From: Utricularia gibba
Lineage: Eukaryota; Plantae; Magnoliophyta
NCBI GenBank assembly: GCA_002189035.1
Contig: CM007989.1
Span: 2,356,001 to 2,420,000, forward strand
Length of the DNA stretch: 64,000 bases
Direction: 5' to 3'
Shown: in pieces, positions 13,296-25,632 of the stretch
Layout: each line of letters starts with the position of its first letter
Numbering within the stretch: position 1 is the stretch's first letter
The notes under the pieces: generated by a model
Database searches by the model: none
Told to the model about the DNA's origin: nothing
The model's input: only the letters and a program-made list of their open reading frames with translations
Translations under genes and position numbers: made by a program

Positions 13296-16200
13296 TTACA
13301 GCAGACCGGCCGAGACAGCCATCGGATCGCCTGCCTCCAAACTACGCCTCTTCTTTTTTCCCTCTCCATACCTCGACCTCCTCGGAGCCTCGTCTTCACT
13401 TTCACTCTCCTCGTTCTTGTTGCCGTTATAGTGATCTCCATGTCGACCTCTGGTCGGCCCTTCGTTGCTGGGTCCGTCATCCGAGCCCGGAGTCACTTGG
13501 CCGGAGCCATGACTCCGATCAACTAATGAGCCTACCGTCTGATCCTTTTTCGATTGACCGGAGCTCTGTGACTGTTGGGGTAGTGAAGGTTGTTGCTGCT
13601 GATAGAAGGGAAACAGACCGGCTCCTCCAGGACCAGCTCTGGCTGCACTGCCGCCGGCATCCATTCCACCCATGTAATGCCCAGGGCCGGGACGCATGGC
13701 CATCCCGAGCGGACGGCCTGGGAACATCATTCCGGGAGCAGGGCCTGCGAAATCACCGGGAAATCTGGGACCATAATGGCCAAAACCTCTTGGAGCCATT
13801 CCGTAAGGATCGGCCATTGGAAAACCATCGGGGTTCATCGGTCTATATGAAAAACCATCGCGCATCATGGCAGGGGGGAAGCCTGGAAAAGGTCTGCCGC
13901 CTTGAGGTATCGGGGCATGAGGCCACATCATCCCTCTGGATCTTCCTCGGCCTTGAACTCCATAGAGGTTTTCAGAACTGTCGTCTTCATCCTCACTTTC
14001 TTCTTCTTCCTCTTCTTCATTATCTTCAAACGGTACAATATCTGGATCTTCAATTCCACTATCAGCACCAACTCCTCTTCCATTTTCTGCTTCTCGCTTT
14101 GCTTCAGCTGCAACTAGGACAGCCTGGAAAAACAAATGTTTTCCTCATGTTACTACATTTTGTGCAAGAATGAAGCATATGTGATGGACAGTATTAAAAA
14201 GCATGGGTTGATTCCTCTTTTTCATGCAGTCTAGGATAAAAATAAGACAAATGCATAGCATCAACTAAAGGTCCATAAGAAAGAGTGTCTGTATACAGTA
14301 TGTGAACTTAGAACTTTAACAGACGCCAGAATGGGTAGCCGAAGTTTAGGAATGCATTTCTGCAGAATATGCGTACCGTAAGATCACTGTCTGGCTCAAT
14401 GTAAAGCAGCGACGCCAGCTGCTCACCAATGGAAGGCTCCAATTCCTGACAGTCTCGACTAATCTGCAATTGATGGGAATAATGCAAGCAACTTATAGTT
14501 GGATCTGATCAGATCAGATTGGAACACGACAGACTGAACATGAAAGCCTTCAGAAATGGGAGGAAATATAAAAAATGCAACCATCTCATCAAGCCACCAT
14601 GATGAACAAGGAATCTATATCTGGCCCATATCATTGAACCTTGTTCAAAAACAGCTCAAGGAATAGGGATGACATTATGTCAAATCTTTTCAAAGCACTA
14701 GCAATTTGATACATATTTACTTTTCCCTTTTCTCAGGGAAGGGCTGAAGGGGTGAAACTTGCTTTACTTTCACTTTTTGGGGCCAAAAAGTAAATATGTG
14801 TACCAAATTGTTAGGGCTTAAACTTTGTATTTCAGACAACTACAAAAGCTATAATGAAAAATTATCCAAATCACGGGAGACATTTTCACGAAAGGTATGC
14901 CCAGAAACTCCAACAATTATACAGATGAAATGTAACACTCACAATTTTGTATTTTTCCACATTACATGCAAGAAGAAAGATATGTACACATACCTTCACT
15001 GGCAAGTTCTCGTTATAGGGATTTCTCAAGTGCCGGGTTTTTTCAAATGACAACTCAGAGAGCTGAAAGCATGCACAATGGTAGGTTAAACCACAGAATA
15101 AAAATAAACTAGATGAACATACTGACAAGATAAGGTCAATAAAAAAGTCCCGGGTATTACCAGCCATACGTTTTCCCAAGCAATCATGGACATCAAAATC
15201 ACCTCAGTGAAAAAATAGCAATATAAAGTACTGGAGCACATAGCTGGCACACAGTATTTCTAATCTGAAGATGGACAGATGTATTTTTTTTAATCATGAG
15301 ATGGATCGCACCTTTAGCCATTTAACAGCAAAATTTCGACCATAATTAGCAGTTCCATTTGCATGCTTCCAGTTCCCTCCACCAATGAAGCCTCCAATTT
15401 TGCATGTCATCCTTGCACAACCCTGTTTGACAACAACAGAAATATAAACTCAAGTAGGAAAATAACTATCTCATCGTTTCTCAAGAAATAGACCTGTTGC
15501 TTCATTAAGCTTTTCAGGTAAATAAATCAATCCTGCCATAATGAGCGTCCAAGGGTAAAATCATTAAAATGACCTGAAAATGCCTAGTCTTATTCACTGA
15601 AAAAATCAATATGATATTGTCAGCAGAGTCAAAAGCTTCATTAAGTTTGGCTTCATTGCTTCTCTGAGTTGCCCACACTCCTTGTTGCACAGACAATTCC
15701 AAATTCTCACGGTTGCAACTTTTTACGACAAAGTACCTAATCAACATGCAAAAGGAATACACAATGTAAGCACACATCCAGCTGATAAATACTTCACGCA
15801 AGAGTTGAAGATTAAAACATTTTGATGGGAATTGAAAAAGATATGTCCTACAAAAGCGTACAGAGTTCAGGATAGGTTTGCCTTGTCATACATGGATCCA
15901 AAAAAAAAAAGGCGAGATAGTGATACGGCTAAACAACCTTCATTGCAAACAAAAAAACAAAAACGCATCATTACTAGGGAAAACAACAGCTACAGTGCTC
16001 AGGGATGATCAAGATTTGGCGGCAAAACCTTCACGGCACTTAATAAGATAGAGAAGACAATTGGCGATGAACTTTAAGGAAATTCAATAAATCTCGATAC
16101 TATTCACAACAGTTGAAAGCCAAATTCCATCAATCAACAGCTATTACAACCGAAAAGATAAATGTCTCTGAAAAAAATATCCATAACAAATACAGAACCA

Positions 16201-17168
16201 GCTGTCCTAAGGAAAGGCCTTGTTCGGAACACACCTAGACGTTCCTTGGGGCAGGGGTGCGGCAACCCTACTAGGCTGAGTTGGTGGATTACTTGAAGTA
16301 TTTTGTATTTGAGACTGATGGCTATGTTGCTGAACATTGACCGAGTCGGTTGCCATGGGTTTTATCGATTGACTCACACCATTCTGTACTTGTGGAAACT
16401 GAGATTTCTCTGACTGCTGAATGGGAGCAGCACTACGGTTTTGAAAAAGTTTGCTCCCATAATTGTTTGAAGATAACTGCTGAATCTTCTGAAGAACTTC
16501 CGCCACAGGAGGTGGTGGTCCTGGAAGCTTAGCGTGCCTATACCTGCAATCAGGGCCATTCGGACAAAACCCCAACTTGTACCTGCCCAGAAACCAACGA
16601 TCAGATAGAAAGCCCAAAACACTAATGTACCGTAGTCAAAGAAGCACACAAGATTCGAAAAAAAATGATATATTGGAACGCTAGGAAACCTAATAACGCC
16701 CATAAAGCTCACCCTAGGAGTATTAATGTTCAAATCCTATAAAAACCTAAAACCATCACAGTATACTCACATATTACACTCCTTAATATCTTCATTAGTA
16801 TGTTTATACACACAATCCTGCTCGCGGCACTCCCCATACAAACGGAAAAACCTGCACACGGGCATCCGGGATTTGTCGTACTGATGAAGGAACCCACAGG
16901 CATCACCTTTCATACACAAAGATCTCAACCAGTGTCTACAAACCGTTTGTCGAAAGCTTCGCCTTCCGCTGCCCATCCCTTCCCCCGCCTGCCCACTTGG
17001 TACCGATGCAGCATAATGGATATTCCCACCCGCAGCAGCAGATAACGCCCCCACGCTAGCATCCGCCCCAGGCGCTTGCGCTAACGCTGCAGAAGCGGTC
17101 GGACCACTGGGGCCTATGTCCAATCCGCCCTCAAAATCAAAACTCATAGCCCCTTCTCCGTCGTCCAT
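13296..17168 (-). CDS. CPSF30: CPSF30, long CCCH + YTH isoform; exons 17168-16771, 16582-16235, 15736-15574, 15422-15312, 15062-14994, 14463-14377, 14123-13296
   Basis: Three CCCH fingers (RQTVCRHWLRSLCMKGDACGFLH...YKLGFCPNGPDCRYRH), YTH domain (RYFVVKSCNRENLELSVQQGVWATQRSNEAKLNEAF) and C-terminal ESESEDEAPRRSR. Confidence 0.96.
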
Positions 17169-17610
17169 CGCTCAGTCAGCAACTCAACGGACAATCCCCA
17201 GCTCCACCATTCAAAAAGTACACCAATCGATCAGATAGCAGAGGAGGAAATCGGAGACGAACTGAAATCACGTCGCCTGCTCAACAACCAATTACCTAAT
17301 CTGCTTCCTCTCACCTTTTTAATTAAATAAAATAAATTACCTAATCCGGTAAAGAAAATGTGTATTTAGAATTTGACGCATTTGGCACGCTTTTACTTTT
17401 ACTAAATCTTAATATTATATTGTATTAATATAATGATTGACTTATATTATATTAATAGGAATACTGATATATATTCTAGAAGAATAATTTTTCTAATTAA
17501 CCCATAATTTTGAATATAACGAAAAAATCCGTATATATGACGGCAATGGTGCCCGGCAAACGTGAGTTCGAAATGCGAAGAAAGGAAGCTATCAGAGGAA
17601 GACAAAATAG

Positions 17611-20600
17611 CTATGTGAACAGAGTGACGACATCCCTGCGGTAGCCGCGGACCATCAACAGCCTCGGCACATTATCCACCAGCAGGTCCATATACTCCAT
17701 GTAGAAGTAGGCAGGGTGGTTCACCGGTGGCGGCGGCAGGCTCACCAGGACGACGGCGGCCATCCTCGAGTATCTCAGGATCATGGAGTTCAACTTCAAG
17801 GTGGTGTACAGAAACTTCTCTACTTGCTGCTCGTTCACAGTCACAGGCTTCCCATCGGCCATCAATGGCATCCCTTCTCTCTCAGCCTTCTCCTGCATCC
17901 CTGCAAGGTAACCGGCTACTCTTTCCTGAGCAGCCGTGAATGCCTCCACTGATTTGTCTTGCTGTTCGGTGGGTTCATCCCACGACTTCAACGAGATGAC
18001 TATCACTTCCGCCTGCATGCGGAGATCATACAGAAACTTCTTCACATCAGCTTTGAGCTCCTCTGCATCTGAATCTTCTTCAGCGATGCAAAAGACCTGG
18101 ATTTTGCAGCTCTCGAAGCTTTCCTTTGTGAGGAGGAGCTGAGAAAGGAGAAGCATCAGGCCACCATCTTTTACTATCCAGTACAGATCAATTGTGCCAT
18201 ACTGCCTTTGATACTCGTTGGGCCACTCATCAAGCCCCTTCACGATGACTACTGCCTTGTTAGCAACAATGCAGTCGTTTATGATCCCTACAAAGGTGGC
18301 TGGTATCTCCCTTAGATTTTCTCGGCGCCATATCTCAGGGTACCTCATCACGACGATGTTTGGCTTTAGATTTCCCAAACCCATGGTTTGGACAATGCCA
18401 CGGAAACCATCAGACATCGAAGGTGCAACAACTATCTCCGCAACACCCTCACACCTTCTGTATTCAATATATGTGCTAAGTGCCCTGCAAGCAGCCTTGG
18501 CATCCTCCGCACACTCGTGGTAATCACCATCTAGAATAGAAACGAAAATTGACATCCCCTCCCTTTCTTCTTCATGCAGTTTGCAAAATCTGCAAGTTTT
18601 GGGTGGCAGGGCACATTTTCTGGTAACTTCCCCCATGGCCGACAGAATACAAGAGGTATGGGATACCAGTTCTTAGGATGCACCTGGCTAGCTGCATGGT
18701 AGAGAACTCAGTCAAATATGCGCTCAGTTAAATATCTTAATCTAACTTCTGAGGAGCAATAGGATTTTCGGGCGGTGTTGGATCCTTGAAAACACTAAAA
18801 TTGAAGCAGCCACCAAGTTAAAAAAATTGCGAGGAATATCAATTTAAGCTAAGTAAATAAAGAAGCAATCACGAAAATGGGCGAGGACCTCCCAAGGATC
18901 GTAGGCTACGAAGAGCAAGTTGAAAGTAAGCGCTCTTGAAACCATCGCCCCAGTCTCCAGCTTTTCCTTTGATACTCACATAGTAGTAGATGAGGGTAGC
19001 TAAGGCCAAGGACACCACAGTGAACGCCCAAGAAATTGAGAACATGATAACTGTAGGGAAAAAAATGGAGAGCTTAGGCTATCTGCAGTCAACTCTGCAA
19101 GCTAATAAACATAGATGCAGGTCACAGTGCCACAGCAAAGTGAACCTAGACCAATTTTTTTTTTTTTTTTTTTTGAAGAAACAGGGATGAGTGTGAAAGA
19201 CCTAACCAACACATATTAGTGCTCCAACGAGAGAGAGACTCCAGTGGTGAAACCTCCACCGAGGACGCCAACTAGGAGCATCTAGTAGATCCAAAAGGAA
19301 GCAGGAAAGGTTAACACCCCCATAGCAAAGAAGGAAAAACATTGTCACAGTTGGGGTGATGAGATCCAGATTCCCAATTACAACACAGCCAATACACAGG
19401 AATGCGGTGAACAATGTAGCAGCATGTGGCTCATTACGATCAGCGCATTTGAAGTAATTAAGAATAGGTAAGATGTCATCGTTGGCTATTGCTGCAAGAA
19501 GTCGTGGTGCACCAGTCAAGCTCTGTAAAGCTGCACCCAAGGTTGAGAGGATGATACCTACATACGTTATTGCAGGTAAAGGCCAGGCAACTGTAGCCGT
19601 AAGCAACCTGCATACATAATCATACACAAAGCAAACAAAACAGTGAATGAAAATGCTATCCTTTTGCATGGAGTAACATGGTAATGAAAGTGGTTAATGC
19701 GCTACCTATCAGTTAAAAGTTTCTCCCTAGTTGCTAGGGCGCCAAAAAAGAGCACAGACACCAGATAGAGACCTGATGTTGCCAGAGTTGCCCCTAAAGT
19801 CCCAATAGGGATGGACCTCTGAGTGTCCTTAAGTGAAGCAGAGCGGTTTGAACCAGCCATAATCCCTGTTACAGCAGGGAAAAACAGACCGACCAAAGCA
19901 CTGAAAACAATGGAAATTGGCAGATGGGATTAAATATTATCACACGATAATAAGTAATAAAATCAAATAAATCATAATCAGTAGCAAGAGTATGCAAGTA
20001 AATATTTGAATATAATCTCACTTGAAACTCCAGTAAATTCTCCCATTGGGATCAGGTATTCCAGCACGATTGGTAGTTTGATACTGTGAACTCCAATTAT
20101 CTTTGAAAGAACTGAAACTCAACCCGGTGATTCCCTCTGTAACATGTATAGTTGGTCACATGAGCAATTAATAGGAAAAAGTACTAAAATAAAGGCAGAA
20201 AAAAATGGAGCATGGTAAGCAAACTCACCAGCCGGGCGATCATTCCTTGCCAAAAGTATCCCAATAAATATACAGAATACTGAAAAGAGGACAGGTATAA
20301 GAAATGCGGGTGCTACCCTGTTGATAATTTTTACTCCACCGAAAACAATCAAACAAAGCAAGATTGTCACGATTATCCCATATACTTGCAAGTCGTGTAT
20401 ACTTGGGCTGGAAATGGGTTGCGCCACGTCAGTGCCATTTATCCTCACAAAAGTCTCACTATCTGCAACAGAAAAGGTTACTTCTAAATTATCAAACATG
20501 TGAGCTCGTTAGCATTTAAAGTGGGTTGGGTTTATGCATGGTGGGAAAAGATCATTGTTATATTGCTAGCACTTGAAAATTTCAAACCTTAAGAAAGGGG

Positions 20601-22610
20601 GAAAAAAGATCAATTTTACCTCTAAAAATTCCTGCCTGCGGCAGTGCATTCAGAAATGTCTCAACAGCTCCTAAAACATACCTGTTACATATATTTTTTT
20701 TTCAAAACACTGCCACAAATAAAAATGAAAAAGGAAAAAGCTGAACTTGTGTGTCAGAACTCACAGTGCACCAGCGACAGCATTTCCCAGAAAAAAGCAC
20801 AACCCAATGCTGACCCCAACCTCAGGACCCAAGGCTCGACCAATTAAATAATAAGGTCCCCCTCCCTTATGCAGAGGTTGGGAATGATCAGTCGTGTATC
20901 TAAGAGTTATTACATGCTGCACAAAGAGACAACTAAGTTCGTAGCGAATCAAAACATATCATGATACCTTCATTGCACCATTTGTAGCAATAGCACTCAA
21001 GGATATAGTTGTAAGGAAGGTACATGAACCACAGAAGAGAACCAGCAAGAGTGAGTCACCAATTCCAGCCATACCCACAATCCTAAAATTGTACAACTTG
21101 GATTAGAATGTGGGTCAATTTAGGAAAGAGTGAACGTTCTTCACAACCAATATGAAGTATAATGTGCATTCATAACCATGATCACCAATGCAAGGATCCG
21201 AAGTGGATTTACGTGATACAGGAAGCATGAATCTCACCATGAAAAACGTATGAAGAAAATGATCCCCAAAATGTTTTGCAAGCAAGGCACGAAAACACCC
21301 ATTAATGTTCCCGATTTATGGGGGTCTCCCTGCATTATCAGGTCCAAAATTCAGTTGACAAAGAACAAAGCAATGAAATCAGTTTTCTAATACCACTTTC
21401 CCAAGTTCACAGTTCTACAGAATTTTAAATTATCAGAGAAAATGGACAATTAGTTTCATCGCAAGTGTCATAATGCAACACTAAGAAAAGACTTGTTTCA
21501 CACAAATGTACGTACTGTGCAGAATCAGGCTTTATCAGCTAAGGGACTGTAAAATCGTACTTCATCATTCAATTTGATAAATTACACTTAAACAAGAGAG
21601 TTACCAAAAATCAAACATCCATAATGAAAATACTTGTTTTAAAATAAGTCCTACTGAACTAATTAGGATTTGTGAAATAATTACACAATACCCCTGGCAT
21701 GCCATAATTAGGATGTGTGCCTTCCCCATCCCTAGGAGAAGATGGTGCTTGAATCTGATCACCTGTCATACTGACACCCAAAAATCATCAATAAAATGGA
21801 GAATTTAAAAAAAATAAGCAATTCAATGAAACATATCAATAACCTTAAGCGTTCAATTAACATAATAGAAAAGCAAGAGGAACCAAATGGCTATAAATAT
21901 GAAGTATATAGATGAAAAATGCCAAGTACAGGCAAGTAATATTAACTATGATTGCATACCTTTTCAGGCCCAAAATGTTAACCAGCGAGTCGAACCCAAA
22001 TAATTCCAACTTGGAAAGAGATTGAGAGCCATGATCGCCTCCATGGTCTCGAAGTGACTCCTCTACTTCCTCATGATCACTCTGCAAGCTAGCTTCAACT
22101 TCTCTACATATGAAGATTTAGATTTTGAAATGTGATGCTAATGTAATCAAGTAAATATTAAAAAAAAAAAGAAACAAGCATCAGAATCTGATGGATACAT
22201 GATAAAAAAAATAACTGAACAATATTCTAAACAAAGGCAAGGCAACAGGAAAAGACTAAACTAGATGCGGATAAAAGTAGAGTAAATCGAACGCAATCAC
22301 CCATCAAGGATGACGCAAATGATGCGTGACGCATGGAAAAGACCAACAGAAACGCAAGAAAGAATCAAATCCTCACTAAAGGCTAACTAGAAAACCTAAA
22401 TCGTTAGTTACTTGGAAGTATTGGGACCATTGGGTGACGGCGCAGATGATACCCCAACGCTAGGATCTATTGAAGACATCTCGAGCACCGCTCGGCCATT
22501 CTCGCTGGTGAAAACTGGCCTGTAGCTGCCACCCCCAAACCCTCCCCTTGAAAAATCAGCGTCGTCGGGAGTTTCCATTTCCACTTCCGCGTCATGTCCC
22601 CCGCCGCCAT
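17611..22610 (-). CDS. CCC1: Cation-chloride cotransporter 1 (two apparent single-base deletions, at ~18557 and ~22600)
   Basis: SYRPV...[63 protein letters not shown] and terminal [14 protein letters not shown]. Start is the ATG at 22610 if one G is restored, otherwise 22578. Confidence 0.95.
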
Positions 22611-23509
22611 ATCCCTTGTAGCACAGCTGAAGCAGCGGATCTACCTTTTCTTGCAGAGCATACACATACATACAAAGAATGAACCAAGCTTCAGATCCAA
22701 TACAATGGGGGCGAGTAGAGGAGACACGACGACAATTCAGATACTTGACCCCTTGTGAAGGAAGAAATGGAATGAGGTTGGACTTACTGAGGGCTAAGGT
22801 TTTGGCGAGGTGGGGCGGTGAAATTGATCGTCGGTTACGGATTCAAGAGGACAAATAGGCCGCAGTTCTTTGGGCTGAAATTTTAGTCTTTAGGCCTGCT
22901 TTCTTTTTAAATGCTCTTTTAATTACACGCCGCCCAATTCCTTCCCCTGTCATTAAACATGGTTTTATGTTCAAAATCATTTTCTTTTTATAAAATATTG
23001 TACAATTATTTTGAAATAAAAAAGATCGTGGACGTGGTGATCCCTCAAGATACTTTTTCTTGACGTGGCGATTTGCTGCTGGCTCCTTCGCATTGGATAA
23101 CATCATGCTCTTCCGGGGCCCAGTTCCAACTCACCATTATTAACCTTACTTTCCTTTTATTTTTAAGATGTATAATAATTATTAAAACCCAATATTAATC
23201 CACAGTAAAAACACATTTTTATGCAACGATAACTATTAAATATTAAAAATAAAACCTTAATAAAATCTTCTAAATAAACCAAATATACCCTTCAAATACT
23301 TATTTTACCCCGCGGGTGAAAAAATAAACATGCTTCAAAAGGTTGTTGTGTTATAAGTAAATTTGAATTCTAAATTAGTTTGCTTTTTTATCTATCTAAT
23401 TTTCAAAAAAGAAAAAAAAAACGAAATGGAAAACAATGCATCAGGAATTACCTTTGACTCTCCAATGAAGCAGATACAAGAAATTATTGGTTTGGTTTTC
23501 TTTTTCTGT

Positions 23510-25595
23510 TCAAGCGAGGTAATTGTATATCTGAGGATTGCTCTTGTCCCGCTCCAGGTACTCTCTGTCGATGAGGCTCTCGATTCTTTTCTTGAGATCC
23601 GCTGGTTTTATGGGGAACTTCAGCTGCAGCAGCAACGACAACAATGTCAATGTTCTTCTTTTGCCAACCCAAAATCATCCTTCTCAATACCTGCTGAAAC
23701 AGTTCAGTGATCAGTAGTGTATGGCTCAGAACCTTCCTGGTTTTCATGATCCGAACGATGGCGGCATCGACCTGAGCATAGAAAGAGTACGGCCGGGTTA
23801 GTTTAAGAAGAGATACGAGGCAGAGAGGGCATGGGAAGGTTCGACCTGATATTGGCGATCCTGGAATACCCGCTCGGTGGTGCTCGTGTTCTCCTCCACA
23901 GTTTCCTTCATTTGAATCGCGTTCACCTGGAGTGGAAAGGAGAGTATGTTTGTGAGCCAGTTTTACAAATAACAAGGAGCAGAGGGTGCACCCACCTTTA
24001 TGCGATAAAGGGGAGCTGAAAATTGATCGTTGAAGACGAAGGAGTCGCCATCTTCAACATCTCTGCTCTTCGGAATCTGCAAGGATGAAGATTGGTTTTA
24101 ACTAAGAGGGTGAGTAAAAGGTGGAACTGAAGAATCATCAGCGAGTACTCACTTTTTGAAGGACGCGGGTTTTCCCACAAGCAAGGGACTGCAACGTCCG
24201 CTTTAGTTCTTTGTCCTCGATGCCAGAAGACTCTTTAATATCTTGGTAGCTAAGAGTTTCCGCATCGTTGAACAGCATCAACACAACCGTCTATCAGAAA
24301 AAGAATCGAAAAAAAAGTAGCATTATAGTGTCTTCCAGGATGCATACACAGAAAGAACAACCAATGAAATAGTTACAGGGCATGTTCATAGAAGATGAAC
24401 CTGAAATAGCGAAACTGCAAGCTCCTTTTTGCCCTTGGGAAAGTTCGCTTTAAGCATGCAGTGTCCCAGTGAATTTTGCCACATTAATCGTCTTCCGTGG
24501 TACTTACTCAAGTAAAATTCTTTAAAGATATCCTGAGGGAGGAGTTTTGGATTAAGAAAAGGCAAAGTTGCTAAATTCCAGATGTGAAGAACTACACCAC
24601 ATAACAAACCTGATACACATTGAGCTCATGCGGAAGGCGAACATCCATGGGAGGATAGGTTGGCCAATAACTGCAGTAAAGTATAGAAAACACGTCTTCA
24701 AAAAAAGGAGCATACAAGTTGCAAAAGCTTGAGGCAAAGCAAGATGCAATGAATGTAGGCTTCACCCATCGTTAACACGTGGACACTCATCTCTATCCCC
24801 GTTGGAAGTTTGGTACGAGCATGGGATGATTGCTTGAACGACTCATTAATCTCTTTTGATAATTCAATATCCTGGAATAACATTTCTAATCATGATTATA
24901 ACATGATATCCATCTACCACTAAATGCCAGAAACAAATCAGATACGTATCAATGATTACAAGAAAGGGAGGGAGATGGGGGTGACCACGGCAGCATCTAT
25001 CTAGAGTTGTTCAAGATAAAACACATACATTACATACACACACAAAAAAAGCCAATTCCACTCTACCAATGCAAACCAAAACCAAATGTAAATCTAATTT
25101 TTATCTATTGACAATGGAAGAATGTAGAAAATTCACAACAAACCTTAAACATCCCTCAAGTTTGTTTGTGAATTGACTACCACACTCTGTCTTCAACTGC
25201 CCAGAGAATTTGAATCTTCTAGTCAATAATGCTGAAAACTTCAAAATGAGTTTAATATTAAAAAAGGGTCACCTTCGTTATCATTGATTTCTCTGCATCA
25301 ATGTATGCACTCTTTCCAAGTAAGAGTCTTTTCGCAAGATCTTTCTTGTAAAATGCTTCAAATACATCTTTACCCTATATAATTTTCCAACAGAGAGAAT
25401 CTTTAACAAAACGATTTTCCAACAGAAAGAATTTCAATCAAAATTTCACTAAATTGCAAACTGAACCTGTATGAATCTGAATAACACCAAAACTTTGTCA
25501 AGTGTACCCTCCAATTCTTCCTCTGATGTACCCTTGTTTCCAGCACGCAATCTCTCATCCACAAACTTGGCAATTAGCTCAGCAGGCCGATTCTG

Positions 25596-25632
<37 letters not shown>

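Noticed and set aside
13526-14173. 215-aa plus-strand ORF
   Set aside because: Antisense shadow of the GC-rich last exon of CPSF30; no recognisable protein.
23484-23975. 163-aa ORF as a separate gene
   Set aside because: It is a mosaic of the last CUL4 exons and introns read without splicing.
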